A stretch of DNA of 64,000 bases from Eledone cirrhosa (GCA_964016885.1 OZ024748.1:21886001-21950000), one strand, 5' to 3'. Numbered from the stretch's first letter, positions 11,619 through 28,061 are shown. Made by a program: numbers and translations. The notes: generated by a model from the sequence alone, not told the origin.

Positions 11619-12510
11619 TATATATATAAATATATTTGTGTGTAAGTTCCGGGTTCAATTGCTGGTAACAACAGTTAGTAAGGTACACAATATATTAAAA
11701 GAGTGTAAACATCAAGTTTAAGTTAGAAATGGTTTCTACAGAACTAGAGCCGTTTCATTCAAAAGAAATCATCATAGGGAATGTGCTGCCATCTGGCCGA
11801 CTAGGCAGCCGGCTAAGATACAGAATCACAGGGGCACATTAGTAAATCTTAAATGCTCACAATTCTATCTCTCTATATATCTCACTATAATAAGATATAT
11901 TGTATTAATACAATTAATATGTATATATGTATGTATGGTAAGGTCCCATAACTCCTGATAGTCATAGCAGCGCCGTATTGACATACGACGTTTCTTGGGT
12001 ATTTTAAGCTTAGCGGAGACCATCCTTCTCTAGGCCTGAATACAGCAGATTTCTTCGAGAGAAAGATAGAAAGTAAGAGAGAGGAAAAAAGGTTATAGGG
12101 GAAGAATCGACCCCAGTACTAGACTGGTACTATTTTTATCGACCTCGAGAAAATGAAAGGCAAAGTTGACTTCGGCGGGATTTGAACTCAGAGTACAGAA
12201 AGCCGTAACGAATGCCATAAAGCATTCTATCCGACGTTCTAACGACTCTGCCAATACAATTAATATATAAATCATTAATCATAGCTGCATTGAAGCAGCG
12301 TTGTGGAAATATCCAAAGCGGTGGAGAGGGTCGTATGGTATTATGATCTGTCACATAATTTAGCATGGGTGAGTTTGACTGTGTAGTGGAAAATGCTGGC
12401 TCATTAAATTTCTTAGTACGGTCAGAGAAAAATGTGTCATTATCTATGTTTATCAACTTGCTAAAATGCAAGTTAAAATTATATATATATGTGTATATAC
12501 ATTTATATAT

Positions 12511-12570
<60 letters not shown>

Positions 12571-12699
12571 ATTAGCCGTCGAAACGGCTTGAGCTCAGCT
12601 GTCGGGGTCTTACTGGTTCCTATTACCCACTCTACTACCTCAAGTATTGAGTACTTTGGTGCGTTATGGTCCACCTGGTTCCCTACCACATTTCCTTCG

Positions 12700-12737
<38 letters not shown>

Positions 12738-12876
12738 TGGGTTTAGAAAGTGTAGCATCAATGGCCGTGCTGCAGCATGGTCTCAGCCTTTTAGCTTGAA
12801 CACGTAATACTGAGTAGTAACATATTTGTGTGTGTGTATAAGTTATATAAATGCATTTACATTTCTATGTATGTAT

Positions 12877-12908
<32 letters not shown>

Positions 12909-13103
12909 ACGAAGGAAATGTGGTAAGGAACCAGGTGGACCATAACGCACCAAAGTACTCAATACTTAGGGTAGTAGAGTGGGTAATAGGAACCAGTAAG
13001 ACCCCGACAGCTGAGCTCAAGCCGTTTCGACGGCTAATTCTGGACTTAGTCCAGAATTAGCCGTCGAAACGGCTTGAGCTCAGCTGTCGGGGTCTTACTG
13101 GTT

Positions 13104-13155
<52 letters not shown>

Positions 13156-13454
13156 ATACATACATATCTATGTAAATGCATTTATGTATTATGTATATAT
13201 ATATATATATAGATATAGATATATATATACATATATATATATACATATACATATATTTATACATATATATATATACATATGTATATATATATATATATAT
13301 ACATATATATACATATATATATATATACATACATATATATACATATGTATATATATATATATAGAGAGAGAAATAAATAGATAGATACATGTATATTTAT
13401 AAATATATAAATATGTGTGTGTATGTGTCTATTTATATGTGCGAGCGTGTGTGC

Positions 13455-13582
<128 letters not shown>

Positions 13583-13625
13583 GTACGTGTGTGTGTGTGT
13601 GTGATATATAATATATATATACACA

Positions 13626-13656
<31 letters not shown>

Positions 13657-14497
13657 TGAAATATGTATGCATTTACACAATACATATGAATATAATGCAG
13701 ATATTTAGTTAGTTGTTGGTGCTGCTTAGTTGCAAATTAACCATTCTTATATGGGTACCTTGGAGTAAATGTATCGAATGTCCTTCCCTTTTTATGACTG
13801 TGGTGCTGAATTTGAGGAAGTTGTATGTACTACAACTAGCAGATCTATCAACCACGTAGAGTCTCATTCATTGGCTCGAAAATGCCAGTGGTTCGAAAGA
13901 GATGTCGTTTAAGAGTAGCATATATGGTTTGTTTGTGATAGAGTTATAGATAGAGAAGAAAATATATTTGAAAATATACTGCAATAATGATATAAGATAC
14001 ATATCTCGGAAGAAAAAATATGAGAAGGAATTTTCTTACCCACCTTGGTACAAACGGAATGTGTTGTGGTTGGCTTCGGAATGATGAGTTTGTTATGAAA
14101 TGTTTCATATTTATAATAAATATCTTCATACAGTCTGTCAGATCCATCTGACACCATGGGATATTAATATTATTTGAGGAATATTGGAATATTCATCTTT
14201 CACAAGTTTAGAGACGTTCATACTTTCCATGATAAAAGGGTCAGTAATTATCTTTAGAATTTTATTAAATGTCTACAACATCTGCTTGGCTGTGTCATTA
14301 TCACCCTGCTGTGATCTGTTTAAATTTTGGATAATAAGCAAATCCACAATAGCAAATATCTGACAGAAAAGGGCAACTGGATATTGTCCTGCAACCAGTG
14401 TGCATGATCACGTGGTCTATTCGCAAAGGCATATCCGTAAATATGTGAATATGATTTTATGGATATAAACATGAATGTGTATATGTAGCTATACCAC

Positions 14498-14648
<151 letters not shown>

Positions 14649-14667
14649 ACACACACGCACGCACGCA

Positions 14668-14748
<81 letters not shown>

Positions 14749-15430
14749 GTATACACACACGCACGCACGCACACACACACACACACACACACATATATTA
14801 TCGCCATTTTGTATGAAGACAATGTATAAAGCATATGTAACAATACTTTCCTTATCGACACACCCACCCACACACACACATGTAACTATATATATATATA
14901 TATATATACACCCACACACAAACCCCCCCCCCACACACACAAACACACACACACAGACACACACACAAACACACACATATATATATATAAGAGATATATT
15001 TTTTACATATGCTTCATGTATTGTTTCCAAACATGATGGCAATAATAGCGAGAGATAATTAAATTCTTAATGTTATTTATATGTATTTTATAACACAGTA
15101 AAATATATACAAAGGGTTATGCCATAAAAAACATAAGACTACATGTCTTATACTATATGAATATCACGCCTATGCTGACGCAAATTCAAAACCTTTTCGA
15201 CGGAATATTGCAACACGAGACAAAATAAATATAAACTGCGTAGTTTAAAAGTTTGCCTCGCAAATGTGAAGTTCTCAATTCAATCCCACTGCTTGGTTAT
15301 CTTGGGACAGTGTCTTCTACTTCAGGTTATGCGTGGGATTTAGTAGGCAGAAACTATGTAGAAGTCCGTCGTTGTATATATATATATATATATATATATA
15401 TAATCTCTCTCTCTATATATATATACATAC

Positions 15431-15512
<82 letters not shown>

Positions 15513-15513
15513 T

Positions 15514-15557
<44 letters not shown>

Positions 15558-15795
15558 CATATATATGATCCAAGAACCAACAAATTCAAGAAAACGTCAC
15601 AAAGCCTTTTATTTTGTCTTTGAATATACGAAACCCTATGAAAAATTTCTGTTTCCGAGTTTACAACTTGGGACATATATACATACGTTAATATATACAT
15701 ACACACATACATACATACACACATACATACATACATACATACATACATACATACATACATACATACATACATACATACATACATACATACATACA

Positions 15796-16153
15796 AAAAG
15801 CGCAGCTCCCTAATTCATAGTCTACAAATGGCTGCGATAGCTGGCACCTTCAAAATATGCAAAACATTCTTGCGATTCAAGGGATGACAATTTCTTTTCT
15901 TTTACAACCTTGCCACCAGGAAGGTGGCCGGTCAAAAAAATATACTCGAAATTAAGAGAAAGAGAAAACATACATACATACATAGCGCAGCTCCCTAATT
16001 CATAGTCTACAAATGGCTGCGATAGCTGGCACCTTCAAAATTTGCAAAACATTCTTGCGATTCAAGGGATGACAATTTCCTTTCTTTTACAACCTTGCCA
16101 CCAGGATGGTGGCCGGTCAAAAAAATATACTCGAAATTAAGAGAAAGAGAAAA
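15796..16153 (+). mobile_element. Two tandem ~170-bp 3' ends of an R4/Dong-like RLE retrotransposon in (CATA)n
   Basis: Each copy reads [28 protein letters not shown] and ends in gagaaagagaaaa followed by (CATA)n. Confidence 0.7.
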
Positions 16154-16431
16154 CATACATACATACATACATACATGATGATGGCTGCCCCCTCGTTATC
16201 GAGTATGGCCATTGCGTGATATACCATTATTAATAATTATTAATTAATTCTATCGTGCAATGCCTGTGCATGAAGATATTTTTGAAAGAGAGGAAATACT
16301 GTGCACTGAGCCAATCCCACTCTCTGAGCGACAGTAGCTATAACCCGAAAAAAAAAGAAAAGATCAACATCATCGGTAACTACTGAGCCGCAGGTTTTAT
16401 ATCGGAGTTATACATACATACATACGTACAT

Positions 16432-17077
<646 letters not shown>

Positions 17078-18307
17078 CAATTTTGTCAGTTTATAATATG
17101 TGGTTACCTGAAAATATTTCATATTCATTATTACATTTAGTAGGGCGGTGAATTGGCAGTATCGGTAGAGGGTCGGACGCCATGCTTTGACGCATAGAGT
17201 TACGGCCCTTGCCATTCTGAGTTCAAATCGCGCCGAGGTTAACTTTGCATTTCATCCTTACGGGGTCGATAAAATAAAGTACCAGTAATGTACTGGTGAA
17301 TTGCTGGCCTTGTGCCAATAGTAGAAACAATTATTACATTTAGTAATAGGGTCATGGATTGCTAGAATTGGTAGAGCATCGGATAAAATGTCTATTCTGT
17401 CACTTTACATTTTGAGTTAGAATCTTGTTCTGAGTACAAATCCCACTGAGGTTAGCTTTGTCTTGCATCCTTACGGGGTCGATAAAATAAAGTACCAGTA
17501 ATGCACTGGGGCCGATTTAATCGACTTTTCTCTACCTACAAATTTCTGGTCCTTGTGTCTATAGTAGAAATCATTATTTTAATCGGTAGAGGGTCGGACG
17601 CCATGCTTTCCAGCATAGTTACGTCCCTTTACGATCTGAGTTCAAATCCCGCCGAGGTTGACTTTGCCTTTCATCCTTACGGGGTCGATAAAATAAAGTA
17701 CCAGTAATACACTGGGTAATTGCTGGCCTTGTGCCTTAAGTAGAAACAATTATTTTAGAAAATATTAATTAGAGCCCACAGTGGAACGGGCGAGGGCTTC
17801 AAGAAGATCATCTTTGTCCGGTCCCTTGTCGTTTTAACTTGGATAGCCTCGAGAACGTAACCTTATTATGTAAGAAGCTGTCTGATGAGATCATGGCACT
17901 GGGTAGGCGGAATCGCATGGCCACAGTCGTCATTGAAATATGTACCACAGCCTTGTCAATAAAGGACTTTAACATCTGAAACTACTTCGCATTTTTTAAA
18001 TTCTAAATATACTCCGTCATTCCTATGTAGAAAAAGTACGTAGAGTTCTTGAATTGAATTGCATCAATATTTACCGTATGTATATATATATATATAATAT
18101 ATATATAATATATATATAGGAACGAGTAGGACCCCGACGGCTGAGCTCAAGCCGTTTCGACGGCTAATTCTGGACAGAATTAGCCGTCGAAACGGCTTGA
18201 GCTCAGCCGTCGGAGTCCTACTCGTTCCTATTACCCACTCTACTACCCTAAGTATTGAGTACTTTGGTGCGTTATGGTCCACCTGGTTCCTTACCACATT
18301 TCCTTCG

Positions 18308-18450
<143 letters not shown>

Positions 18451-18770
18451 CCTCCATCGGTCACTTATGACAATGGTTTTGCACCTAGAAATTCCATTCT
18501 CCCAACGGGGCACAAGCCTTGGCAATGTGTTTTTCTGGAAGACCAGCAGTCAAGCATACAGGTCGCCCAACTCCACGACACCGATGTTGTCTAAGGGAAA
18601 GACAATGGCCGATACAGCTTGGTACCAGTGACGTCGCAACTCATTTCTAAAGCTGAGTGAACTGGAGCAACGTGAAATAAAGTGACTTGTTGAAGGACAT
18701 AACGCCTCACCCGGTCCAAGAATCGAACCCCAAACCTCTCAATTGCAAGCCCAACCACTAAGCCCTTCCT

Positions 18771-20558
18771 CATAACTTGTTGGCCTTGTGTTGGAGGTTG
18801 GGAATTGTATAGAGACTAACATAACTTGTGTTGAAGGTTGGGAACTGTATATAGACTAACATAACTTGTGTTGGAGGTTGGGAACTGTATATAGACTAAC
18901 ATAACTTGTGTTGAAGGGTGGGAACTGTATATAGACTAACATAACTTGTGTTGAAGGGTGGGAACTGTATATAGACTAACATAACTTGTGTTGGAGGTTG
19001 GGAACTGTATATAGACTAACATAACTTGTGTTGGAGGTTGGGAACTGTATAGAGACTAACATAACTTGTGTTGAAGGGTGGGAACTGTATATAGACTAAC
19101 ATAACTTGTGTTGAAGGTTGGGAACTGTATATAGACTAACATAACTTGTGTTGAAGGGTGGGAACTGTATATAGACTAACATAACTTGTGTTGAAGGTTG
19201 GGAACTGTATATAGACTAACATAACTTGTGTTGAAGGGTGGGAACTGTATATAGACTAACATAACTTGTGTTGAAGGGTGGGAACTGTATATAGACTAAC
19301 ATAACTTGTGTTGGAGGTTGGGAACTGTATAGAGACTAACATAACTTGTGTTGAAGGTTGGGAACTGTATATAGACTAACATAACTTGTGTTGAAGGTTG
19401 GGAACTGTATATAGACTAACATAACTTGTGTTGAAGGGTGGGAACTGTATATAGACTAACATAACTTGTGTTGAAGGTTGGGAACTGTATAGAGACTAAC
19501 ATAACTTGTGTTGAAGGGTGGGAACTGTATATAGACTAACATAACTTGTGTTGAAGGTTGGGAACTGTATATAGACTAACATAACTTGTGTTGAAGGGTG
19601 GGAACTGTATATAGACTAACATAACTTGTGTTGAAGGGTGGGAACTGTATATAGACTAACATAACTTGTGTTGAAGGTTGGGAACTGTATATAGACTAAC
19701 ATAACTTGTGTTGAAGGGTGGGAACTGTATATAGACTAACATAACTTGTGTTGAAGGTTGGGAACTGTATATAGACTAACATAACTTGTGTTGAAGGGTG
19801 GGAACTGTATATAGACTAACATAACTTGTGTTGAAGGGTGGGAACTGTATATAGACTAACATAACTTGTGTTGGAGGTTGGGAACTGTATAGAGACTAAC
19901 ATAACTTGTGTTGAAGGTTGGGAACTGTATATAGACTAACATAACTTGTGTTGAAGGTTGGGAACTGTATATAGACTAACATAACTTGTGTTGAAGGGTG
20001 GGAACTGTATATAGACTAACATAACTTGTGTTGGAGGTTGGGAACTGTATAGAGACTAACATAACTTGTGTTGAAGGTTGGGAACTGTATATAGACTAAC
20101 ATAACTTGTGTTGAAGGTTGGGAACTGTATATAGACTAACATAACTTGTGTTGAAGGGTGGGAACTGTATATAGACTAACATAACTTGTGTTGAAGGTTG
20201 GGAACTGTATAGAGACTAACATAACTTGTGTTGAAGGGTGGGAACTGTATATAGACTAACATAACTTGTGTTGAAGGTTGGGAACTGTATATAGACTAAC
20301 ATAACTTGTGTTGAAGGTTGGGAACTGTATATAGACTAACATAACTTGTGTTGAAGGGTGGGAACTGTATATAGACTAACATAACTTGTGTTGAAGGTTG
20401 GGAACTGTATATAGACTAACATAACTTGTGTTGAAGGGTGGGAACTGTATATAGACTAACATAACTTGTGTTGGAGGTTGGGAACTGTATAGAGACTAAT
20501 ATAACTTGTGTTGAAGGTTGGGAACTGTATATAGACTAACATAACTTGTGTTGAAGGC
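18771..20558. repeat. 40-bp minisatellite, about 44 units
   Basis: Unit ATAACTTGTGTTGAAGGTTGGGAACTGTATATAGACTAAC in exact 40-bp register from 18821 to 20540, with three recurrently variable positions. Confidence 0.97.
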
Positions 20559-20700
20559 TGCAAATTGGCAGAGCCTGTTGATCCATTATACCATACCTCT
20601 GCTAGTTGAAGACCATAGTCACACAGACAGAATGCAATGTCAAATCTTATGGCAAATAGTCTGAACATATACCCACTTCCCGTATTTGACAGATAGAGCG

Positions 20701-21243
<543 letters not shown>

Positions 21244-21271
21244 ATACAAATATATATATGTGTATATAGTG

Positions 21272-21348
<77 letters not shown>

Positions 21349-21400
21349 TAGATAGACAGATAGATAGATAAATGGATAAATAGATAAATAGATAGATATA

Positions 21401-21840
21401 TTTCTTTATTAGCCACAGGGGCACAAAAGAAGGGGACAAATACAAAGGGGGAAGTTTACATACAATAAAAACGTGTAAAATGTTATCACAGATGGAATTT
21501 AAAAGTTAGTCGATTTTCCCCAATAGAGGGAGACAGTTTATATGGGTAACACAGACCCCCGAAAAAAATGTGCAACCCTCATCTCCAGGAGTACGAAGAG
21601 CTTGTACTCCTTTCCTCTCCTCCTCCTTTTCCTCAACCTACAGGCTGATATAGAGAGAAGGCCCATTCACTCGGGCCATTCTCGCCACTTTCACCCACCT
21701 TTCATAAAACTTGCTGGGGTACAGCACCTCTCTCTCCATCCTGATTCTTCTTCCAAAGTGGTATTTGAAAAAAAGAATCAGTTGTTGGCCGGAGAGAAAG
21801 GTGTCTGACCTCAGCCCTTTCAACCTGTCCACCATACAAC
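21401..21840 (-). mobile_element. 3' end of a Tx1/L1-group LINE inserted in a (TC)n/(TATC)n tract
   Basis: Minus frame ...FLSGQQLILFFKYHFGRRIRMEREVLYPSKFYERWVKVARMARVNG...* followed by a UTR ending AATAAAGAAA, bounded by (GA)n/(GATA)n on the plus strand. The clade assignment rests on recalled similarity. Confidence 0.55.
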
Positions 21841-21845
21841 AGAGG

Positions 21846-21929
<84 letters not shown>

Positions 21930-24785
21930 CCTGTTACTCTTTTCACTGTCTATCATGAGAGAGAAATGACGACATGTTTCAACTCCACTTCACAATAACC
22001 GGATGTTACAATTTCACGTGACCAAACTTTGAAACCCCTTCGAAGATAAGACGTTTCTAGAATAGTCACAAACAACATCTTTTATCAAAACTTCGTATAA
22101 ATACATAAAAATAGAAAGTGTAAGTAGGAAGAAACGATTTTATTCAACCAGAAAATGTGTAATAAATTTATACTGTCTGTGATTTAAATGAGGAGAGCAT
22201 CAATAAAAAAAAAAAAAGGATTTAGAAAAGAAAGAAAGACAATTATGAGATGTGTATAACCAGTTACATAATACAATGGGGAATAAACAATCCAAGTCAA
22301 TTATGCTAATACCACGAGTGATAGGGAGGCTGAGGCACTGAAATAGCCAAGTACCTTCACGGACATCCGTAAAGTGAGTCATCAACATTGACAAAAAAAA
22401 CTTAAACAAAACAAAACAAAACAAAACAAAAAAAAACAATCTTCTTGTCAACAACCCTGCTCCCCCAAAGGTCACAAATACCACAGGATGAGAAACGTAA
22501 AAAAAAAGGGTAAAGACCCCCCCCCCCCGCCATGAATGACCATGGGATTTGCACCTGGAAAACTCTCCTCCAAGGCGCAAGTCCGTAATTTATCAACAAA
22601 TCGATTTTTTTCAACAGTTCATTCTGTTCTACTATTGATGCACTGATGACCGGCACCTTTTCTGCAGTAGGATGTGAGAATGTGTGAAAGAGTCATTGAC
22701 AGTGGCATCCCATATGAGGTCTCTACCTCTATGTCAAGGGCAAACGTTAAAACCATCAGGCTCCATCACATAGACCCTGAACAATCCGACTGGCTTCAAT
22801 ATCTACCTTTATCCCAAGGGCAAACGTTAAAACCATCAGGTTTCTTCACATCGATCATGAACAATCCGACTGGTTTCAAAATTGAGAAGATATGATTTCC
22901 CTGTTCAGCATTAACTGCTTCACACATAATATATTTAAAATTCCCCAGCATTTCATACGTTGTAAATATTATCTAAAAAAAATCTATTGAAGAATTGTAA
23001 ACGTAGGAGTCAAAATAGGAATCTGCCAGTGATCCCTTGATGAGCTAACAAGAGTAACAAAACCTTCCTCAAACCATTTCTTGTTTTAGTAACCTGCTAT
23101 GTACATTGAATGCCCTAGAACTGTCAATGAGTGACAATTTCCTACGCAAACTAAAGCTGTTAACTGAAATTCTATTGTAAATGTCATTCAAGAAAGAAGT
23201 AATTTCGAAATAAATGAAAATGTATTTACTTTGAATATATTGTAATTACTTCTTTTTTCTTGTAATTCAGTCTGTCAGTAATATAACCCCTGTCAGCTGT
23301 TTTATGTTCGACCAGTTCAATCGAATACGAGTAAAAGAAACCTATTTCTATTTTATAGTTTATGTCCATAGACAATAAAATCGGTTTCTTTTACTTGTAG
23401 TTGCTAAAAGTTTACCAATTTACAATAATGAATCCATGTTGTTGTTTATTCTATATTATTTTAGCCAAGACAGTTTATAAAGTGTCGTTATTTCACATAA
23501 CTCTACGCTTCTGGAAATAATTAGAAAATTGAATCGCTCTGTTCTACGCAGGAACCGACAGTAACAGCTGTTCATAGAAACTTTTCCTCGAGAGAATTTC
23601 TACAGTTCATTTGCAAGAGAAATGAAATTGTTCTGACAAATACATTTCATATTTTCTAGTGTATTGTTTAACTTAAGGCTGTACAATTCGAGTGTAAAAT
23701 CTTTCTCAAAGTCTTTTTTTTAACCCAAGCATTTATCAGAAACGTTCAATCATCGTACGAAATAATTATTTATTTCTATAAATCTACGTCATGAGTTCAA
23801 ATGTCACTGAAATATCTTCTTTGCTCTTCATTCATCCGGGGGTCCATAAAATAGTACCTGTCATTTACTGGGACTCATCCATTTCAGTTTACGCACTTCA
23901 AATTCATAACTTCGTATCAGTATAAGAAATACTTATTGTGAAGTGGTGAATGCTACCCCCCCCCCCCCAGCTGTTGGCAGATTGAGGCAGCGATGCTGTT
24001 TTATTATAGGTCGAAGCAACTTCATTCTTCTTACATTACTAATGCTTTTTTGGGGAAAAAAACATGGAACATTGAAAGTTTCCGTGGTGCATTCCCTCAA
24101 ACTTTTTAGTTTAATCATGTTTAGTAATATAGATCTATAAAAGCTCTTTGTCGACTCTGTGTTGATATATCGATCGAAGGATCGAAAGTTCGTATCCCAT
24201 ATCAGGTATATAACACATCACAAACAGGCACCTACAATATAAAATTAATACAAGAAACAAAACATCGAAAATATAACAAACATAATGGTTTACGGATGAG
24301 CAGACTTTATAATAAACAAAAATGGTCTATTAGTTTGAAGACTGGTTTGAATATCTAAACACTCTTTGAATATATATATATATAGGAAAATGTATGACCC
24401 CGACGGCAGAGCTCAAGCAGTTTCGACGGCTATTTCTGGACAGAAATAGCCGTCGAAACGGCTTGAGCTCTGCCGTCGGGGTCATACTTTTTCCTATTTC
24501 CCACTCTACTACCCTAAGTATTGAGTACTCTGGTGCGTTATGGTCCATCTGGTTCCTTACCATAATTCCTTTGTTAACTTTGCCTTTCATCCTTACGGGG
24601 TCGATAAAATAAAGTACCAGTAATGTACTGACTAATTGTTGGCCTTGTGCCAAAAGTAGAAACAGTTATATATATATATATATTTATATATAAGTATGTA
24701 TGTATACGTACATACATATATGTATACAGACGTACAGTAGCATGCATATATATATATATTCCCTCAAAATATTTAGTTTAATCAT

Positions 24786-24851
<66 letters not shown>

Positions 24852-25134
24852 ATACTAGAATGCGTGTGTAATGGTGCATGCAGCCTAGCATTTGTATATT
24901 ATCCAGCTCTTAGCTTAATAAATTATATGAATTAGATAAATATGAATTACTTTACCAATGCGTAATGCAGTATGAACAAAAAGCAAAATGCTGTCAAATG
25001 CTAAATAACGTAAGCTTTATATTCATTAAATCGGATTCCTCCATATTGGTTAAATATGTAGAGAGATATGTGAGGTAACCATGATTGAATATTCCTTCTA
25101 ATATTTCTGTTGTAGTTTAAAGGTTTTTTTTTAA

Positions 25135-25355
25135 CCCTTTACCATTTACATTACTCTATATATACTATTGTATTTTCGTTATAAAAGCTTTACCTCACAT
25201 AATTATCTCATATAACATCGAATGTATGAGATTTTGATATTATTTATTTTGAGAACAATACCTTAACATCAGTATGAGTGGCCAGTTATGGCCAGTTTGA
25301 ACAGAAAGAGGTGAGAGAATTCTGGCCGGATATGGCCGGTTCAAATGCTAAAGGG
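25135..25355. mobile_element. piggyBac-type MITE, second copy
   Basis: TTAA flanks, CCCTTT...AAAGGG termini, and the same 221-bp length and sequence family as 7779-7999. Confidence 0.85.
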
Positions 25356-25503
25356 TTAAACATATACATGCATATAATTATAAATCAGTATAAGCTGCAG
25401 CATTCCACACCATGCTCTCAACGAAATAACATTAAATAAAAAGAAGAAAAATGTCATGCCAAATTGTAAGGGTGTCGGGAAACGTATTTTATCACCGGCG
25501 TTA

Positions 25504-26164
25504 TCTATATATATAAAACTGAGGATGTGTGTGTGTGCGCGCGTGCGTGCGTGCGTGCATGTGTGAGTGTGTGTGTCTGAGTTTGAATCCTTAAAATTCG
25601 AGAAGTACCCAACAGATTTTTTTCAAACTTTGCATGTGTATTACTTATGTTTCAAGGAGTGTTATGTACATAAAAAATTCAACTTTTTTTTATCCCCTAG
25701 GGCCCTCATTAAGTGAAAAACTGCGTTTTATCAGCTTTTTAGGGTTTTTTGAGGCGTTCGTCAGACCAATTTCATTGAAATTGTAACTATGTATTAGTCA
25801 GTCTCTTCTTCATATCGTGAGCAAAGAAAATCCAACTTTTTTATGGCCTAGGGCCAGCATTAGGTGAAAAACTTCATTTTTTCAGCTTTTTAGGGCTTTT
25901 TTGAGGCGTTACGTCTAGCCGATTTTCCCGAAATTTCAAGGCATATTATGCACATTAAAAAAATTGATTTTCTTGATCCCTTAGGTGAAAACCTGCATTT
26001 TTCCTGCTTCATCGAGGAAAATCTTAAAGATTATCCAGCCATCAGAGTATTCGGTTTATTTTCTTTACATATTGTCCAGGCATGCAGTTTTTTCACGATT
26101 AGGTCTGTTAACGGCCCGCGTACCAAAATACATTATCCCGTGCAACGCCGGGTACCACTGCTAG
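25504..26164 (+). mobile_element. Non-autonomous Helitron
   Basis: 5' A|TCTATATATATAAAA, a microsatellite near the 5' end, 3' hairpin CCCGTGCAACGCCGGG, then CTAG|T. Inserted between A and T with no TSD. Confidence 0.8.
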
Positions 26165-27387
26165 TATGTAATAAAATGGTGTTCCATCCAATAGGGATAT
26201 TTTGTTTCTCTATCTTTTACGCTTGCAAAATGTCAGAAATGTTAGAGCGTTGCAGGAAAAGCTTTGCCGTATATATTTCGTCTCCTTGAATTCTGAGTTC
26301 AAATCCACTCAAGGTTAATTTTACCTTTTCTCCTTCCGGTGTCGATAAAATAAAGAACCAACCAAGGACAATATAATGAGAAGAATCATTAGAACGTTGA
26401 ACAAGTGTCTTGCGGTATTTATTCTAGGTATGTGTATCCTGAGTTCAAATTCTGTCGTGGACTACTTGGGTGGAAAACTTAACCAACCATCTGGTTTTAA
26501 CGTTCCCACCCCTACCCACATGGTCCTTGTAGGGTCTATTCTATTGCAAATATTTAGGCCATACCTCTGGTTTAGGGATAACTTACACACTCTTTCTCTC
26601 ATCAATCTTTGAAACCCCTAGAAAAGTCATAGGGCACGGCCCTTCCATCAAGATGAAAACACCTCATAAATGAGTGATGATGGTTATGAGTTAGTTATCG
26701 CTTTCCCTCCAGTTTTTCATGCTTGCCTCGGTTGGACGAAACCCCGGAGCTTATCCTAGTTTCATGAACGTTATGCAACTGGACAGGGCTAATCCCAACC
26801 CCGTCGCTCTTAAACATTTTCAGTTGGGTAAACTGAAGCAACGCGAAATGAAGTGCTTTTCTAAAATAAAAACCCAAAACAAAACAACCACATGTCATCT
26901 GGTTTGGGAATCGAACCCACGACCTTATAATTGGTAGCTCAATACTCTAACTAGTGATAGTATGGCTAGAATTATCACACATAGACATCAAATTCATGTT
27001 GTTGTTAAGTCTGGGGTCAGTCCTTTCCAAACACACTCATGACCATCTCCCGTTTCTTTAGACACAGTGTATCCAAGATTACAGTATCTGCCGTGTCTTT
27101 TTTTTTCTATGGGCGGTGCGATGTGAGGGAGATTTAGCTGCTATTTCTTGTAGGTTGTGTAGTGTCCTCACGTTCATGTTTTGGAGAGAGAAGCTGAAAG
27201 ACTGAGCATGTTTTCTATTTCCGTAATATCTTCATTTCTATAATAAAATACTAAACAGTATAAAATAAACTCCGATTGGTTTTGGTATTTTCTAATCAAA
27301 ATAGAAGAGTTTCTTTGCAGGTTTTTTAAAATGAAATCCGCCCCTTCTAGCATTAGCGACACAAAGAATGTGATCCCAATATAAAAC

Positions 27388-27485
<98 letters not shown>

Positions 27486-27567
27486 AAAAGGTAAATAGAA
27501 ATAACACAATCGGTACAGTATATGGAAGGAATATATTAGGTTAACGCTTGAAATAGCAGGAAAAGGG

Positions 27568-27604
27568 TCTTAACGTTTCGGGACGCTAGTCCTTCATCAG
27601 AAGA
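27568..27604 (-). ncRNA. Minimal type I hammerhead ribozyme motif (Penelope-LTR type)
   Basis: Minus strand TCTT-CTGATGA-A-GGAC-TAGC-GTCC-C-GAAA-CG-TT-AAGA. Stem I TCTT/AAGA, canonical core, stem II GGAC/GTCC, palindromic ACGT stem III. Confidence 0.6.
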
Positions 27605-27648
27605 AAGAATGAGAAATTAGAAAGATTGAAGGGACGGGCGCGTAGAAT

Positions 27649-27701
<53 letters not shown>

Positions 27702-28061
27702 TTATTACGTGTAATTGAAATTAAAATGAAGTATGAGAAATATGTAAAATGAGCCAATTGCATTGATTTAGATAATTAAGTCAAAGAGTGTAGGTGGAGG
27801 TGTACTGAATGCCATATGCAAATAATTATGAATCAACCCTTTCGTTACAATATTTCTAATAAAGAGATTCGAAAACTTCTATGATCATCAGGTAGAAATT
27901 AACTTTTCCAGAATCCTTTAACACTTTTGTGGCCATATGACTAATGAAATACTCTGCTAATGACTTTCAATTAATTTTGAAAATAATGAAGAATTTGGAG
28001 AGCCTTGGTAATAGAACTAACTTTCTCATTATCAAACATGTGTTTGGAACATAACTTAAAG

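Noticed and set aside
11741-11782. Additional hammerhead on the minus strand (ATGATGA...GAAACGGCTC)
   Set aside because: Core position 3 and stems I and II are too degenerate to support a call.
18771-20558. CRISPR array
   Set aside because: The units are contiguous with no unique spacers, there are no cas genes, and the context is eukaryotic. It is a minisatellite.
23200-25060. Location of NPF non-coding exon 1 and promoter
   Set aside because: Several TATA-like and donor-like words exist in this AT-rich DNA, but none can be singled out without transcript data.
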